Shown: positions 34,771-49,200 of the stretch, piece after piece
Layout: each line of letters begins with the position of its first letter
Numbering within the stretch: the stretch's first letter is position 1
Assembly: GCA_043228905.1 (NCBI GenBank)
Contig: JBHGNT010000013.1
Span: 5,270,001 to 5,334,000, forward strand
DNA: 64,000 bases
Direction: 5' to 3'
Source of the DNA: Azolla caroliniana
Taxonomy: Eukaryota; Plantae; Polypodiophyta
The notes under the pieces: model-generated
The model's input: only the letters and a program-made list of their open reading frames with translations
Databases searched by the model: none
What the model was told of the DNA's origin: nothing
Program-made: the position numbers and the translations under genes

Positions 34771-35410
34771 TTAAGAATTAAGTAAGTAATTAAGTAAGGG
34801 TTAATTAGTACCTAATTATGTGATTAGTTGATAAGTGGAAGATTAAGTGATATGTGTGTGTATGTGTGTGAGAGGAAGAGAGAGAGAGAGAGATATACAC
34901 TTATGCACAACACAAGATGGGGGATGAGTAACTATATTAAGTTAGCATTATCATCATCATCATCAAATACAAAAATACCCACAATGAGGTATATATACAT
35001 CTCATGTGCAAAGGTGCACATGTGTGAGTAGAATATAGGTACTAATGTTTAAGTCCTATATTAAATGTACTTAGGAGTGGAGGATCTAGAATATCCCACT
35101 TAAGTACAAGGTCCTATTTAAGGTGTTATAGTAAACACTTCTAACTAGATTCTATCTAGGTAACTACAAAGTTACATGGTTGACTAACTAACTAAACTAA
35201 GTTGAGCTTGATCTCTCAACATGCCCCCTCAAGCTCAAGTGTGAGGCGTCCGAAATTCGTTTTAGCTTTCGTCGGCTTCGTGTGCTATTTTCCGGCCTTC
35301 GGCTTTCTTCGGCCTTTCCGAGGCAATCTCGGGTCCTCCCCCTCAAGCTGGTGACAAAGGCTTGTAGTGTGTGGGCGAAGGTTACTTCCACCCATTGTGG
35401 GTTACGAGCC
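34771..35410 (-). mobile_element. 3' end of another copia (family D): pol end, PPT and 3' LTR starting at 35221
   Basis: On -: TTGAGCTTGAGGGGGCA|TGTTGAGAGATCAAGCTCAAC, like the family A PPT/LTR junction, with an upstream SLRG pol end. The distal LTR end (~34771) is uncertain. Confidence 0.65.
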
Positions 35411-35432
35411 GCTGTCGTGAAAATCCATCACC

Positions 35433-36175
35433 GTGCAGAGCCGGCAAGTAGTGAAGACTCAATCGTGCAGTCCCCGCACAAGGATCCGAAGAGATGGTTT
35501 ACGCGCAAGGAGAACACAAAGAAGATGTTGTCAGAGTACGATACCGGCCGTGCTGAGTCAGATCGTAGTCAATCTAACGCCGAATGAATCGAAAAGCAAC
35601 CTCCGAGGAGGAGGTAGAAATCTGCCGAGAAGGCCACGAAATCGGCAAATCAAGAATTATTCCAATACACCCGCCTGAAGAACCCTGTCATCATGTACCA
35701 ATATAATGATTACATGGCATATCATTATGCGTACATGACCAAAGTGGCGGAGATACACAAGCTGGAGGGCTATGCGGAGACGAAAAAGGACGCAAATTGG
35801 TGTGCTGCCATGGAGGAAGAGATGCGCGCATTGACAGAAAATGAGACTTGGGAGCCGGTTGACGCCCCCAACGGTGTGAAGCTGATCGGATTTAGGTGGG
35901 TGTACAAGGTAAAGTACAATGCTAACGGCTTCGTCAACCAATATAAGACCCGACTGGTTGCCAAGGGCTATGCGCAACAACACGACATCGATTATGATGA
36001 GATATTTGCGCTGGTTGCAAAGATGACGATTGTTTGTGTGTTGTTGTCTGTGTGTAGTAAAGAATGTGTTCAGACAAGAAGAGCTTGAGGATCAGGTGTA
36101 AATGCTACAACCCCTCGGATTTCTATCAGAATTGAACATGTCGGATGTCTGCCGACTGAAGAAGCCCCTCTACGG
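35433..36175 (+). pseudogene. pol: Copia family A pol fragment (RT N-terminus); resumes at 45289-45357
   Basis: WCAAMEEEM...[12 protein letters not shown]...[12 protein letters not shown]; closely similar to 7818-8424. Confidence 0.9.
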
Positions 36176-38888
36176 TGTCGTGTTACTACGCGTGTGCGTG
36201 TAGAAGTGGCGGGACCACGGGGGTCTCGAACTAGGGAGTAGAGGAGAAAGAATAAGATATGATTTGGAAGCTTAGCTCAAGAGGAGAAGAAGAAAGAATA
36301 AGACCATGACATAGAAGGAGGGATCGGCGGAGGCAAGATGCTCAACAAATTATATTAAAACAAACGAATGATTACAGCAATGGTGGCCGCATGGGCCACA
36401 CCAAACGACTATGAGAAAACCCTAACCGAGGATGATTAAGGAAACCCTAAACGAAACCCTAACCCTAAAACGGTAAGAACTCTAGACTAAGTCGTATACC
36501 TCTCATACGCAAAATAGGCAACCCCTTCATAAGTGACCCCTCCCTTCCTTTTATAGCCCAAGGAGGGAGGGACCTTACAATGTGGGATAAAATTTCCCCT
36601 CTTATTTCTATACACCATTTTCTAGTATACATGTGCACATGTTGCACACCACCGACTTCCCCATTCCACCCTGGTTTCACACCGTAGCCGGAAATCTTCA
36701 CGACATCCACCCCTACCAAACCACACGTCCATCGGTACGTGCCAAGAAAGGAAAAGGGTGAGAGATTTCAGCGACGGTGATCAACCGGGTTCTTCACCTT
36801 CCTGGCACCCGACCGTCTTGCCGGTTCCTTGCCGGTGCCGATCCATCTTGCCGGTTCCTTACCGGCGCCGACCCGCCGTCTCCATCCGATCCACCATATC
36901 TGACGTTCGCGCCTTCCTTCCCGATCGGTCCTCCCGAACGACGTTGCCGACTCGGTCACCCCGACTTTGTCTGCCACGTATGTTCTCCGATTGGGCCCCC
37001 GGTCATTCCGATCGCACGTCGGATTCTGGTACCGCGTACCGCGTGTGTCCCTCCTTTGGTTCGACCGTCTCCTCTTGTCGAATACCTCATGCCGACTCCT
37101 TCCATCCCACACTCTGCTTCCGTAGGCTCTTTTTGTGTGTTGTTGTCGTCCACCGAATGCGCGCTCGTTCTTCGGTCCTTACGTGACCCCATTATGTGCT
37201 CCTCGCTTCTCCCTCGCTCGCCGTGCTCTCTTGCGGTAGAGCATGCCTCCATCCCATCCTCCGTGTCGGTGTCCTTCGCAGCTCTCGTTACCGCTTCATC
37301 CCGACTCACACCCTTTTTGCCCGCTTGGCCTTGCATGCCACATGGGAAGTCGCGCTTCCTCTTCCCGGCGCGTAGCCCGTTGCTCTCCACGCACCTTCTC
37401 CATTTCTCAAGACATAGCCTTCCGTGCTCGCCGATCATCCGTTGATACCAGCACCTCACCGCTCTGTCTCTCGCTGCGTACATTCCTCGCAAAGGCTCGA
37501 TCGGTTCGTCATTGCCGGTCACTTGTTGCCACTCTTCTGGGTGCATGATTGCTTCCCGGCCCTTCTCCGGCCGTAATGCATGCTTCACTTCACGCTCTTT
37601 ACTCGCCGTGGTCCCGACCTCCATGTCGGCCTCTTCTTCCTTTTTCGTCGTAGACCCTTCCGTCTCCGCTCGGCCATCTTGGTTGTGCTCGTCCGTCTTC
37701 ATGCACCGGGTACCCGTTCCGGTACCTGTTCCCAACCCGCCGTCTCTCCAGTTTTATGTTGATCCGCAACCGCCGAAGTCTCTAGAATAGGCAGGGAGGG
37801 TCCCTCTTGCTCTCGGACTCTCACCGATCCGTACTCGTCATGCCCGGTTAGCCTCCTTCTCGCTGTCACCGGCTCCCATCGTAACCGTAACCAGCCGGTA
37901 AGGAGTCGATCAGACAATCCCGGCTTCTTTCGGTTTGGGCCCGGTTGACCGGCCCCCACTTCACTTTTCTTCCACTTCGTCTTTTGATCGAGTCGGTCCC
38001 TGACTCTCTCCTCTTTGCTGCTCTCGACATCTCCGTCGGTCCTCTTGGATATGCCCGTTCCGGACCTCGCATCCTCATCTTTGTACGTGTTCGCTCCGGG
38101 CCACGCCTCCTCACGGCCACCACCCTTCTCTCCGGTGTTATGTTGGCATTCGAGCGCAACCGCCATAGTCTCCGGCCCCAGTGTCGAGGGGTCTTGCCTC
38201 CGTCCACTACGATCCTCGTCGTCGTCTCGGTTTCCCACCTTGCCGCCGCCACCGCCCATTGCTCTAGGTCTCACGCCGGCACTCAGACCGACCGCCGGAG
38301 CCTCTAGGACCGGTGTGGGTAAGGACCCAGTACCGCCGCTCGTTGTGTCCGTAGCCGCCTCCGTCTGGACGTTGTTGTCCGCAACTACCCTGCCTCCGAT
38401 CGCGCAAGCCTCGATTACGCTTGCCGCCGTCTCTTCCATGTCGTCGTCTCGGTTGCCCATCTTGCCGCTGCCACCGCCCGTCGCTCTAGGTCTCACGCCG
38501 GCACTCGGGCCAACCACCAAAGCCTCTAGGACCGGTGTGTCTAAGGTCGTGGCCCCGCCGCTCTCCGATCACCTCCGACCTGACTCCATAATAAGCCCTT
38601 CTTCGGCTTCGATTTTCGCCTTCACAAGCTCGCATGCCTCCCGTATTAGCACTTCTAGGTCGAGCTCCTCCGAAACATTTTGTGTTGAGCTCTCTCCCAG
38701 CGGTAGTGCGTAGTCACTGGCCGCTCTCTCTTCTCCGCTGCTCACGGGCCGTGTTGTGGCCGACTGCCTCGCATCATGTTACTGGCATACCCATTCCACT
38801 TCGTACCACTCCTCGGTGAGACCATGTGTTCCATAATCATCTTGAAGCTCAAATAAGATGTCCATCCTCTCCTCATGATGGACCGTCT

Positions 38889-39380
38889 TCAAAAATAGGA
38901 GGACTTTGTCCACCCCACCGATCTCCGTTCCCACTCCAAGGGTTGAGAGAAATGACACTCAAACTCTCGGAATGCTTCCATCGCACTGCGATGATGCCTC
39001 GCCGACGCCACCCACCGATCGAACTCATGTCGAGCTCTTCCTTCTAGTTCCGCGTACCCGTACGCCTCCAATAGAGCTCCCTCAAAGGACTCCCACGATT
39101 CGTGAGCTTCTCGGAGCTCCTTGACCTCCTCATATCTTGATACGGCAGCCACTTGACAAAAAAAATCTAGCCTTGTCGCTTCGTCCACACCCCGCTTCAT
39201 CATTTCGGCATTATAAGCTCTCAAAAATGTTGGGACCTCATTCCCATTGAACCGGCCAACTCGATCGACCACCCTTTCAACGGCTTGTTGAGCTGCATCT
39301 CGCTTCGTCATCTTCCTTCCAGATTCCATCACGATCTTTGCCATCAATTCCTTGAAGTCAAAGTCTTCTTCCATGTCCAT
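38889..39380 (-). pseudogene. gag-like N-terminal ORF of family C copy 2
   Basis: MDMEEDFDFKELMAK...GRFNGNEVPTFLRAYNAEM...ESWESFEGALL starts just after the PBS and includes a segment deleted in copy 1. Confidence 0.7.
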
Positions 39381-39607
39381 GCTCCCTTGCCGCCCTTCAT
39401 GTTGGGTTCACCAAATATGTCGTGTTACTACGCGGGGTCGTGTAGAAGGGGCGGGACCACGGGGGTCTCAAACTAAGGAGTAGAGGAGAAATAATAAGCT
39501 TTGATTTGGAAGCTTAGCTCAAGAGGAGAAGGGGAAAGAATAAGACCATGACATAGAAGGAGAGATCGGTGGAGGCAAGATGCTCAACAAGTTATATTAA
39601 AACAAAC

Positions 39608-42600
39608 TGAAAAGAATTGCGTGCGGAAGCAATATAGGAAAACCGAACAACAGAAAACACAGGTTTAATGGAAAGCTTAGGTTTGCATAGTACGCACGGG
39701 AGAGACAGAGAGAGAGAGTAAAACACAGAACTTAATTCAAAAAATAATAGTCAATCTGTACATAGGATGTGCTCAGTGAGCACTTTTATACAAGCCTTGA
39801 CAATTGGGCTGACACAAGTACTGACAGTACTTGACTGCTCATAAATTAGCTTCGACTCTTTCTCCCAAAACTATTCCTTACGAGGAATATCTCTCTAACA
39901 GCCTTTCGGTTTACGCACCGATACGGCCTTCATACGCACCGGTTTACACACCCGTTCTACGCACCGGTCCGGCCTAACTGATCGGTCCCAACCGATCTAG
40001 TCCCTGACTTGCTCAGCCGATCCGGCCGATGTTGAGCTTCTCTCTTAACACTCCCCCTCAAGGTCAACTTGAGGTTCCATCTGCTCCGCCGGATCTATGC
40101 TCCGGCTTCTCCCGACTCCACGCCACGCCTTGCTCGCGCTCCTCGGCCTGTTCGACGCCGCGCAGTTAGACCCTTCCGGTCAGCTTGTCTGCTCCCACGA
40201 CCGTTCTCAGCTTCCTTGATGTTGCGGTGTTGGTGCATCTTATGCCGCCTTCTCTTCCGCTTGGCCCTTGGTTGATTAAGCGTATCCGAATCAAACATCT
40301 GAACCGACTCGGCTACCTCCGATCGGTTTTCGCTCTCGTCCGAGTTGAATGTCTCGAACTCTTCTTCGGTCTTCTCACCCTTGACGGCTTCATCTCCCCC
40401 ATGCTTGGTTGGCTTCGGCTCTTTCTTCCAGCTGCTCCCTTTGTGTCCGCTTTTGGACTCTTCCGCGGGTCCACCCTCGGCTTCCTCAGCCGATCCCAAA
40501 TCGAATTCATCATCTGACTCGGTGTCGCGGTCTTCTCTCCCCCTTAAGTTTGGCACGTCGAGGTGATGCAACCCAAGCGCACCCGAGAATTGCCGCAACT
40601 TGTCTAGACCAAGAGTCTTGGTGAAGATGTCGATGGGTTGCCAATCCGTTGAAACATACTGAAGTTCGACTTCATCGGAGAGAACATGCTCTTGGACGAA
40701 ATGGTAGTACACCTCAATGTGCTTAGTCCGAGCATGGAAAACAGGGTTCTTGGCAAGCTGGATGCTTCTGAGGTTGTCGCAATAGATCATCGTCGGATCG
40801 GACACCTCCCCTGCAGGTCCGTAAGTAGCTGTTTCAACCATATGGCTTCGCATGTTGCGATAGCCGCTCCTCGGTACTCAGCTTCGGTGCTCGATAGTGC
40901 AACTATCGGCTACTTCTTACTACTCCACGCGATCATGGCACTCCCAAGAGAGAACACGTATCCGGATGTGGATCGGCGATCGGCAGCGTTGCCAGCCCAA
41001 TCAGCGTCGATGTAGCCGACCAACGGTGAGGCTGTACCAGTCCGATATAGCAATCCCCGGTCCTTAGTGCCGCTTACGTACCGCAGTATGCGTTGCGCAC
41101 ACTAAAGGTGCTCCTCGGTAGGTCGCACCATGAACTAACTGAGCACCCCGACCGAATAACTAAGATCGGGTCGGGTGATGGTCAAGTATATGAGGCTTCC
41201 GACTATCTGTCGGAATCTCGTCGGGTCACATACCTTGCCGGACTCAGGGCGAAGCTTGATGGTTCTATCCAGAGGAGTCGAGACGGACTTACAGTCTGCC
41301 ATCCCGAATTTGAGTAGCATATTCAGTGCGTAATGAAGTTGGCTGATCTGTATGCCTTCGGGGGTGCGGATCACTTCGATCCCGAGGAAGTAATGAAGGT
41401 CCCCCAGATCCTTCATCTCGAATGATGCCGCAAGCTGGAGCATCACGCGGTCGATTTCACCTAGGTCGGCGCCGGTGATGACCAAGTCATCAACATATAG
41501 TAAAATACTAACCGACCCGAGTTGACCCTTTCCGGATGAACAGGGAAGAGTCTGATTGTGACGTTACAAAGCCCATCCGACGCAGTTGCTGTGTGATCTT
41601 CGCGTTCCAGGCACGTAGGGCTAGCTTTAGTCCGTCAAGGGACTTCTTCAATCGGCACACTGCCGAAGTGTTCGTTCTTGAGTGAAATCCAGGGGGTTGT
41701 ACCATGTACACCTGTTCCTCAAGCTCACCTTGCAGGAAAGCATTCTTTACATCCATCTGATGTAAGTGCCACTCCTTTGCCGCAGCTATCGCGAGAAAAA
41801 CACAGACGGTCATCATCTTCGCGACCGGCGCAAATGTCTCATCGTAGTCGATGCCGTGTTTCTACGCGTAGCCTTTTGCCACTAACCGGACCTTGTATCG
41901 GTTGACTGAGCCGTCGGTGTTGTACTTGACCTTGTACACCCACCTACATCCGATCGGCTTCACACCCTTTGGTGCATCAACCAGGTCCCAAGTTTCGTTT
42001 TCCGCCAATGCGTGCATCTCTTCCTCCATTGCGGCGTACCAATTCGCGTCCTTAGCCGCTTCTGCGTACCTCTTTGGCTCACGCACTTCCGCTACATGGG
42101 TCATGTACGCATAATGATGCGCCATGTACTCGTTGTGTCCGAACCGCACAACTGGGTTCTTCTGGCGGGTAGATTGGCGTAATCAGTCTTTAGCCGATGT
42201 CGAGGTCTTCTCGGCTGACGCGAACTTCGCTCCATCACGGCTTCCCTCGGAGTCGGATTCGCGTCAATCCGACTCATTCCTATCCGTGCCATAATCTGAC
42301 ACCTTCTTCTTCCCTTTTATTTTACGCGTGAGCCGTCTCCTCGGCTTCCTGCGCAAGGAATGTACGGCCGAGTCTCCAGTACTCGCCGGCTCTTCATCGG
42401 ACTGGTCGAAACGACTCAGTCTTCCATTCGGTCCACTTAACCGAAACCAAATCGGACTCTCTTCGGGGGTCCCGATTTTAGGCTCAGCCGGAGGCACCTC
42501 GGCCTCGCTGTCCTCATCATCAGAACTCGGATTGGAGGTGAGGTCTGGAGTCGGAGGCAAGTACTAGGACGCGGACTCATCAAACACAACGTCACGGCTC

Positions 42601-45048
42601 ACGCGCGCTTGTTTGGTGCGTGGGTTATAACACGTATAACCCTTCTGATTGTCCGAATAGCCGACCAAGATACACTTCTCGGCTTTCACGTCCAACTTCC
42701 TCCTTTTCTCCTTCGGCACATGCACATATGCAATGCTACCGAAAACTCGCAAGTTCGGCTTTGTTCCGAAATATAGTTCGTGCGCCAACACTTTGTCTCC
42801 GATCCGGTTCTGGATGTATACCGCGGTCCTTACCGCCTCGGCCCATTAGAACTTTGGCAAGCTCTTCTCCTCTAGCATTGCCCGTGTCGCTTCCACCACG
42901 GACCGATTTTTCCTCTCGGCCACGCCGATTTGCTCTGGCGTGTATCTACAACTGAATTCGCACCGAATTCCCATCTGTTGTAAATAACCGTTGAATTGAC
43001 CGGAAAAGTATTCTTTTCCGCCATCCGACCGTAGGCACTTGATCTTTCTTCCTGTTTCCGTTTCCACAAACCCTTTGAGGTCCCGGAAACAGTCGAAGAC
43101 TTCACTCTTCCTCTCAATGAGGTAGATCCACGGGTGTCACGTGTAGTCGTCGATGAAGGAGACGAAATATCGGCTCCCACCAAGACTAACGTTTTTCGTT
43201 GGCCCCCACACATCGGAATGTATCAAGTCGAGCTTGTTCCGGCTCCAGTTACGCTCGTTGGGGAAGGGAAGTCGGTGTTGCTTCCCAAGCTGACAGGCTT
43301 CACAAATTTCTGCCTTTCGGCCACTAAATTTGGGCAATCCGAACACCACTTGTTTCAATTGCAGGTCTTTAAGCCGCTGGTAGTTGACGTGGCCTATCCA
43401 CTTGTGCCATAAGTCGATGTCCGACTCGACTTTCTATCCCTTCGTGAACATTGCGGTGCCACCGTCAGTAGAGTCGAGGATGAACATCCTCCCATCTCTG
43501 CGCCCTTGCGCAATAATACGGCCTTCTTCCTCAATGAAGCACCCGAGGTGTGTAAACCGAACTTGCATCCCCTGGTCGACAATCTGCCTGACCGACACCA
43601 GATTCTTCGTGATGGTTAGGATGTGTAACACGTTCATAAGTTTCCCTTTCTGCCTGACATGGCTCAAGGGAACTTCACCGACATTCGCGATCAGATGCGG
43701 AGTGTCGTCTCCGGTTGCAACTACTCCTGGTTGCGTCGGTTTCTCAAGATATGAGAACCACTCCTCGTGGCACGTCATGTGGTTTGACGCGCCGGAGTCG
43801 ACATACCACACCTCGTTCGATTTCAGGGCAGACTGCTTCATTGAGTTTGCTTCGTGTCTTGTCACGAAGACCGACCCTTTTTTGGCTTCTCCGGATCCTT
43901 CGGCGTAGTGCGATCGCTACCGGTTTCTTGCCACAGTACCAGCATTCCGTGGCGGATTTCCCTTGCCGGTTCTCGCCGCCCTGACTCCCCCTGTTTTCGG
44001 AGGGTCCGGAATTGCTGTCGGCCTCACTTCGGTGCCTTCTTCCTTGATCCCGTCGGCCGCCTCCATTGCGTACCGACTCGCCTATCTCCCTCCGTGTACA
44101 GCATCTTGTTGTTGGCATGCGTGCTTGTCGACGCACCCACATGGTTCTCCTCTATAAGGAGCATCGACTATAAGTCGAAAAAGGACAACGTATTCTCCCG
44201 GGTACACACAGCAGTTCGAAACACCCCGAACTTCGACGCCAAACCGCCGAGACAGACCTGAACCATCTCGCTTTCCTCGATGTTCACATCGATGGAAGCT
44301 AAGGAGTCGCATATGTCCTTAATCCTCAAGGTATAGTCAGCCACCGATAAATCGTGTTGCCGTAGGTTGCTCAACTCCTGTCACAGCTGAAGCTCCCTAG
44401 CTGTGGTGCTCGCGGTGAAAATCTTCTTCAGATTTTCCCACGCACCCTTCGGCATTTTTGCATCTCGAACGTAGCTTAATAGTTGTTCACCCACATAAGA
44501 CGCGAAACAGTACAACACTCTGCTCGCCAATTGTTCCCACGCCACGAAGTCTTTGTGTGTCGAATCGGGTGCTGTGTCATTTACACCATCAACATAGCTC
44601 CAGTAACCATGTCTGAGCAGGTACTGGTGCATCTTGTAAGACCAAGACGCGTAGTTGTTTCTGTCGAGCTTCTCCGTCGGAAGCGAGCTATCCATTCCTC
44701 TCTCCATCGGTTTTCTTGTTCTTCTTCGTTGGTTTTTCCTTCAAGCAAAGTCGGTTGTAGAGGTTCTCAACCCTCACGCTCTGATACCATGAAAAGAATT
44801 GCATGCGGAAGCAATATAGGAAAACCGAACAACAGAAAACACAGGTTTAATGGAAAGTTTAGGTTTGCACAGTACGCACGAGAGAGACAGAGAGAGAGAG
44901 TAAAACACAGAACTTAATTCAAAAAATAATACTCAATCTGTACATAGGATGTGCTCAGTGAGCACTTTTATACAAGCCTTGACAATCGGGCTGACACAAG
45001 TACTGACAGTACTTGATTGCTCATAAATGAGCTTCGACTCTTACTCCC
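39608..45048 (-). mobile_element. Copia family A, near-complete copy A2 (5' LTR 44790-~45048 truncated, PBS 44778-44789, PPT 40051-40061, 3' LTR 39608-40050), nested in the C 5' LTR
   Basis: Gag 44381-44707, zinc knuckle CWYCGK, DSGASNHM, integrase, RT and RNase H in copia order; TGGTATCAGAGC PBS. Stops and frameshifts throughout. Confidence 0.95.
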
Positions 45049-46268
45049 TAAAATGGTAGGAACTCTAGACTAAGTTGTATACCTCTCATACGCAAAATAG
45101 GCAACCCCTTCATAAGTGACCCTTCCCTTCCTTTTATAGCCCAAGGAGGGAGGGACCTTACAATGTGGGATAAAATTTCCCCTCTTATTTCTATACACCA
45201 TTTTCTAGTATACATGTGCACATGTTGCACACCACCGACTTGCCCATTCCACCCCGGTTTCACACTGTAGCCGGAAATCTTCATGACAACGGATTAAAGA
45301 AAGACCCACATGCTTGCACCGCGAAGATCATGCAACGACTGCGTCACATGGGGTTTGTGTTGGGAAACATGTCCCTCTGGATAGGAAGAGAAGCACCATG
45401 TTAGTGATATCGTCCTTGGTCGAAACCGAAACCAAAATCAAAATCGGAAATCAAAATCGGAATCGAAAACCGAAATCGGTTTGAAAGACTATAATTGTAA
45501 ATAGTCAAAAATACCTCCTGAGGGCTATACTTGTAAATAGCCAAAAAATTGCTTTGGTTTATAAGCAACTAGGGCAAACCTTATAGTATGAGTTAGTGAT
45601 CATTATTGAAAAGTCAGAATGAGGTAGTTGCCTTTGTAACTGTGAGTAAGAGAGTGAGAGTGTAACTCCGTAGCCATCTATCAGATGAAGGAGAACTCAA
45701 GGTCGTTGCCTTCGAGTTCCGTATTTGTACTTCTTCTCTACTATAGTGATATGTTTTCTCAGGGTTTGTGGAACCCAGTGGTTTTTCCCATTTCGGGTTT
45801 TCTATGTAAAATATCGTTATCTTTGTGTCTTCACATTTTTCTTGTTTGTGTACTGGTTCTTGTTTTTTGCACAGGATTCCTAACAAAGTGGTATCAGAGC
45901 AATGGAAGACTCGTTCGGTGGCATGTTTAAGCTAACCAACTCCAACTACTCTGTGTGGAAGTCGAAGATGAGAGACATGCTCATGTGCAAAGACCTCTGG
46001 CTACTGGTGTAGTTCAGAGATAAAAGAACAAACAAGATCGATGCAGAGACGTGGGAAGTGTTGCATCTGAAGGTGGCTACATACATAAGGTGTTTTATGG
46101 ACATGATTCTATACAACAACTTTGGCGAAGAAATAGAAGTAGATGTCCTATGGAAGAGGATCGACGTCATGTTTGAAAACAAGAACGATGTGAATCGAGT
46201 CTCAGTATTTCGAAAAATCATGATGCTCTCAGTATGGCGAAGCTTATCAATGCCTTCAAATGATTGAT

Positions 46269-49200
46269 TGTTGAGCAGCAAGCTCAACCGGATCCGGATC
46301 GGCATCCAGAAGGATGAGCCGGATCGGTGAGCCGGTGAGCTGGGTAGCCAGTTAGCCAGATCCATCAATAACCGGAAGCTTAGTAGCAGCCTGGACTATT
46401 GGGTAGTTAATGTCTCATAGTTAGTGTCAGACGCTTGTGTGAGCATTGAAGTACACCGTACTTCTGTCAGTCCGTATGGACTTGTATAAAAGTGCTCACT
46501 GAACACATACGATGTACAGACTATTACAGAGAATTGTTATTTTCTGAATAGAGTCTTGTGTCTTTTCTATCTCTGTCTCTCCTAGGTACTGTGTAAATTC
46601 AAGCTCTCCATTAAACCTGCATATTTTTCTATCTTCGGTTTTCTACTTGCTTCCACACGCTATTCTTTACATGGTATCAGAGCGTGAGGGTGGAGAACCT
46701 CTACAGCCGACATAGCTTGAAAGTAAAACCATCCAAGAAGAACAGGTGAAACCAATGGATAGAGGCATGGCTAGCTCGCTTCTGACGGAGAAGCTCGACA
46801 GAAACAACTACACGTCTTGGTCCTACAAGATGCACCAGTACCTGCTCGGGCACGGTTACTGGAGTTATGTCAACGAGATTTCCTTGTGTGGGAACAGTCG
46901 GCGAGCAGAGTACTGTACTGCTTCACGTCTTGTGTGGGCGAACAACTCCTAAGCTACATTCGGGATGCAAAAACGACGAAAGATGCTTGGGGAAATCTAA
47001 AGAAGATTTTCGCCGCAAGCACTACAACCAGGAAGCTTCAACTCCCACAGGAGCTAAGCAACCTATGACAACACAACTTGTCGGTGGCAGACTACACCTC
47101 CAAAATTAAGGGCATTTGCGACTCCTTGGCCTCCATCGATGTGAATATCGAACAAGCCAATATGGTGCAAATCTATCTCGGAGGTTTGGCGTCAAAGTTC
47201 GGAGCGTTCCGAACTGCTGTGTGTACAATGGACAATACGCCGTCATTTTTCGACTTACAGTCAATTCTCCTTGTGGAGGAGAACCACGCCGGTGTGTCAA
47301 CAAGTGCACCCACCGACAGCAGAATGCTATACACGGGGGCCGATCTGCCCCGTGGGCGTGGTGGATAAGGCGGGTCGGCTCGCAATGGTAGCGGCCGACA
47401 AGAGTAGGACCGAAGGCATAGAGAATGGGCCGACAATAGTTCCGAACCCTGCACAAGCCGCGGGAGTCAAGGCAGCGCCGGAAGCCGGCAAGCAAAGGAC
47501 GACATGGAATGCTAGTACTGTGGTAAAAAGGGCCATAGAGAAAGCGAGTGTTGGAAGAAACGCGCCGATTCGGACAGATCCGGATCCGGCAAGGCCAGCA
47601 GAGAGAATCGACAATACTCGCACTACGTAGAAGGATCGAGAGGATCCAAAACCGGAAAAGCCGGTAAAGGGCCATCCTTGGTGATGAAACATGAGGCTAA
47701 ATCTATGAAGAAGACCACTTCCAAATCGGAGGAAGTGTGGTATGTTGATTCCGTTGCATCGAATCACATGGCGAGCCACAAAGAGTGGTTCTCCGGAACA
47801 ACCGAGAGTTGTCGAAACCTGAGATGACACTCCTCACCCAATCGTGCATATCGGAGAAGTCCCTTTGAGCCACGTCAAACAGAGGGGGAAGCTGATGAAC
47901 GTATTACACGTTCCGAGTATCACGAAGAACCTGGTATCAATCGGTCAAATCGTTGACCAGGGGATGCAGGTGTGGTTTACGCACCTTGGGTGGTTCATTG
48001 AGGAAGAGGGCCAGATTATTGCGCAAGGGTGCAGAGAAGGGAGGATGTTCATCCTCGACACCAATGATGTTGGCACTGATTTGTTCACCAAAGGACAGAA
48101 GATTGAATCGGATATTGATCTTTGGCACAAGTGGATCGGCCACGTCAATTACCAAAGGCTTTAAGACCTGCAAACGGAACAAGTTGTTTTCGGTTTGCCG
48201 AAGTTTAGTGGCCGAAAGGCCCAAATATGTGAAGCCTGCCAACTCGAGAAGCAACACCGGCTTCCATTCCCCACCGAATGAAACCATAACCGTAACAAGC
48301 TCGACCTTATTCATTCAGATGTATGTGGACCGACACAGAACGTTAGTCTTTGCGGGAGTCGATACTTCGTCTCCTTCATCGACGACTACAGTCGGCACAC
48401 ATGAATCTACCTCATTGAGCGGAAGAACGAAGTCTTCGAGTGTTTCCGGAACCTGCGAAGCCTGGTTGAACGGGAAACGGAGAGGAAGATCAAGTGCCTA
48501 CGATCGGATGGTCGAAAAGAATATTTTTCCGGCCAATTCAACAATTATTTGCAGCAAAAAGGAATTCAAAGAGAGTTCAACTACAGATACACACCGGAGC
48601 AAAACGGTGTGGCCGAAAGGAAGAACCAGTCGGTTGTCGACGCGGCAAGCATGATGCTGGAGGAGAAGAGCATGCCCCACTTTTATTGGGCTGAAGCGGT
48701 CCAGACGGACGTCTACATCCAAAACCAGATCAGTGACAAGGTGTTTGCGCATGAGTTGTATTTCAGGCGCAACCCAAAACTATGACACCTTCGGATATTC
48801 GGTAGCATTGCATATGTGCATGTGCCGGATGAGAAGCGGAGGAAGTTGGATGCAAAGTCAGAGAAATGCATCCTGGTCGGTTACTCACATGAGCAAAAGG
48901 GGTATAAGTGTTATTGTTAGGAAACAGGTCCCTCCGGATGAGAAGTGAGAAGAACAGTACTGAAACCGGATGAGAAATACCCAGCTACGGAAGACCCGGT
49001 GAGAACCGGATGAGGAGTACCCGGCTACGGAGAGCCGAATGGTGCAGACACGGTGAGAACCGGATGAGGAGTACCCGGCTATGGAGAGCCGGATGGTGCA
49101 GACCCGGTGAGAACTGGATGACGAGTACCCGGCAAGCGTCGGATGATGCAGGCCCGGTGAGGAATGCTCATCGGATGAAGAGACATATTCGTAAATATGT

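Larger units (their letters stand above)
36176..45288 (-). mobile_element. Family C copy 2 (3' LTR 36176-36705; 5' LTR 39418-39607 plus ~45046-45288; PBS 39396-39413; TSD ACGG)
   Basis: Homologous to 16174-20661, with ACGG at 36172-36175 and 45289-45292. The empty site CTCTATGGATTAAAG is at ~8352. The PBS reads TGGTGAACCCAACATGAA on -. Confidence 0.92.
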
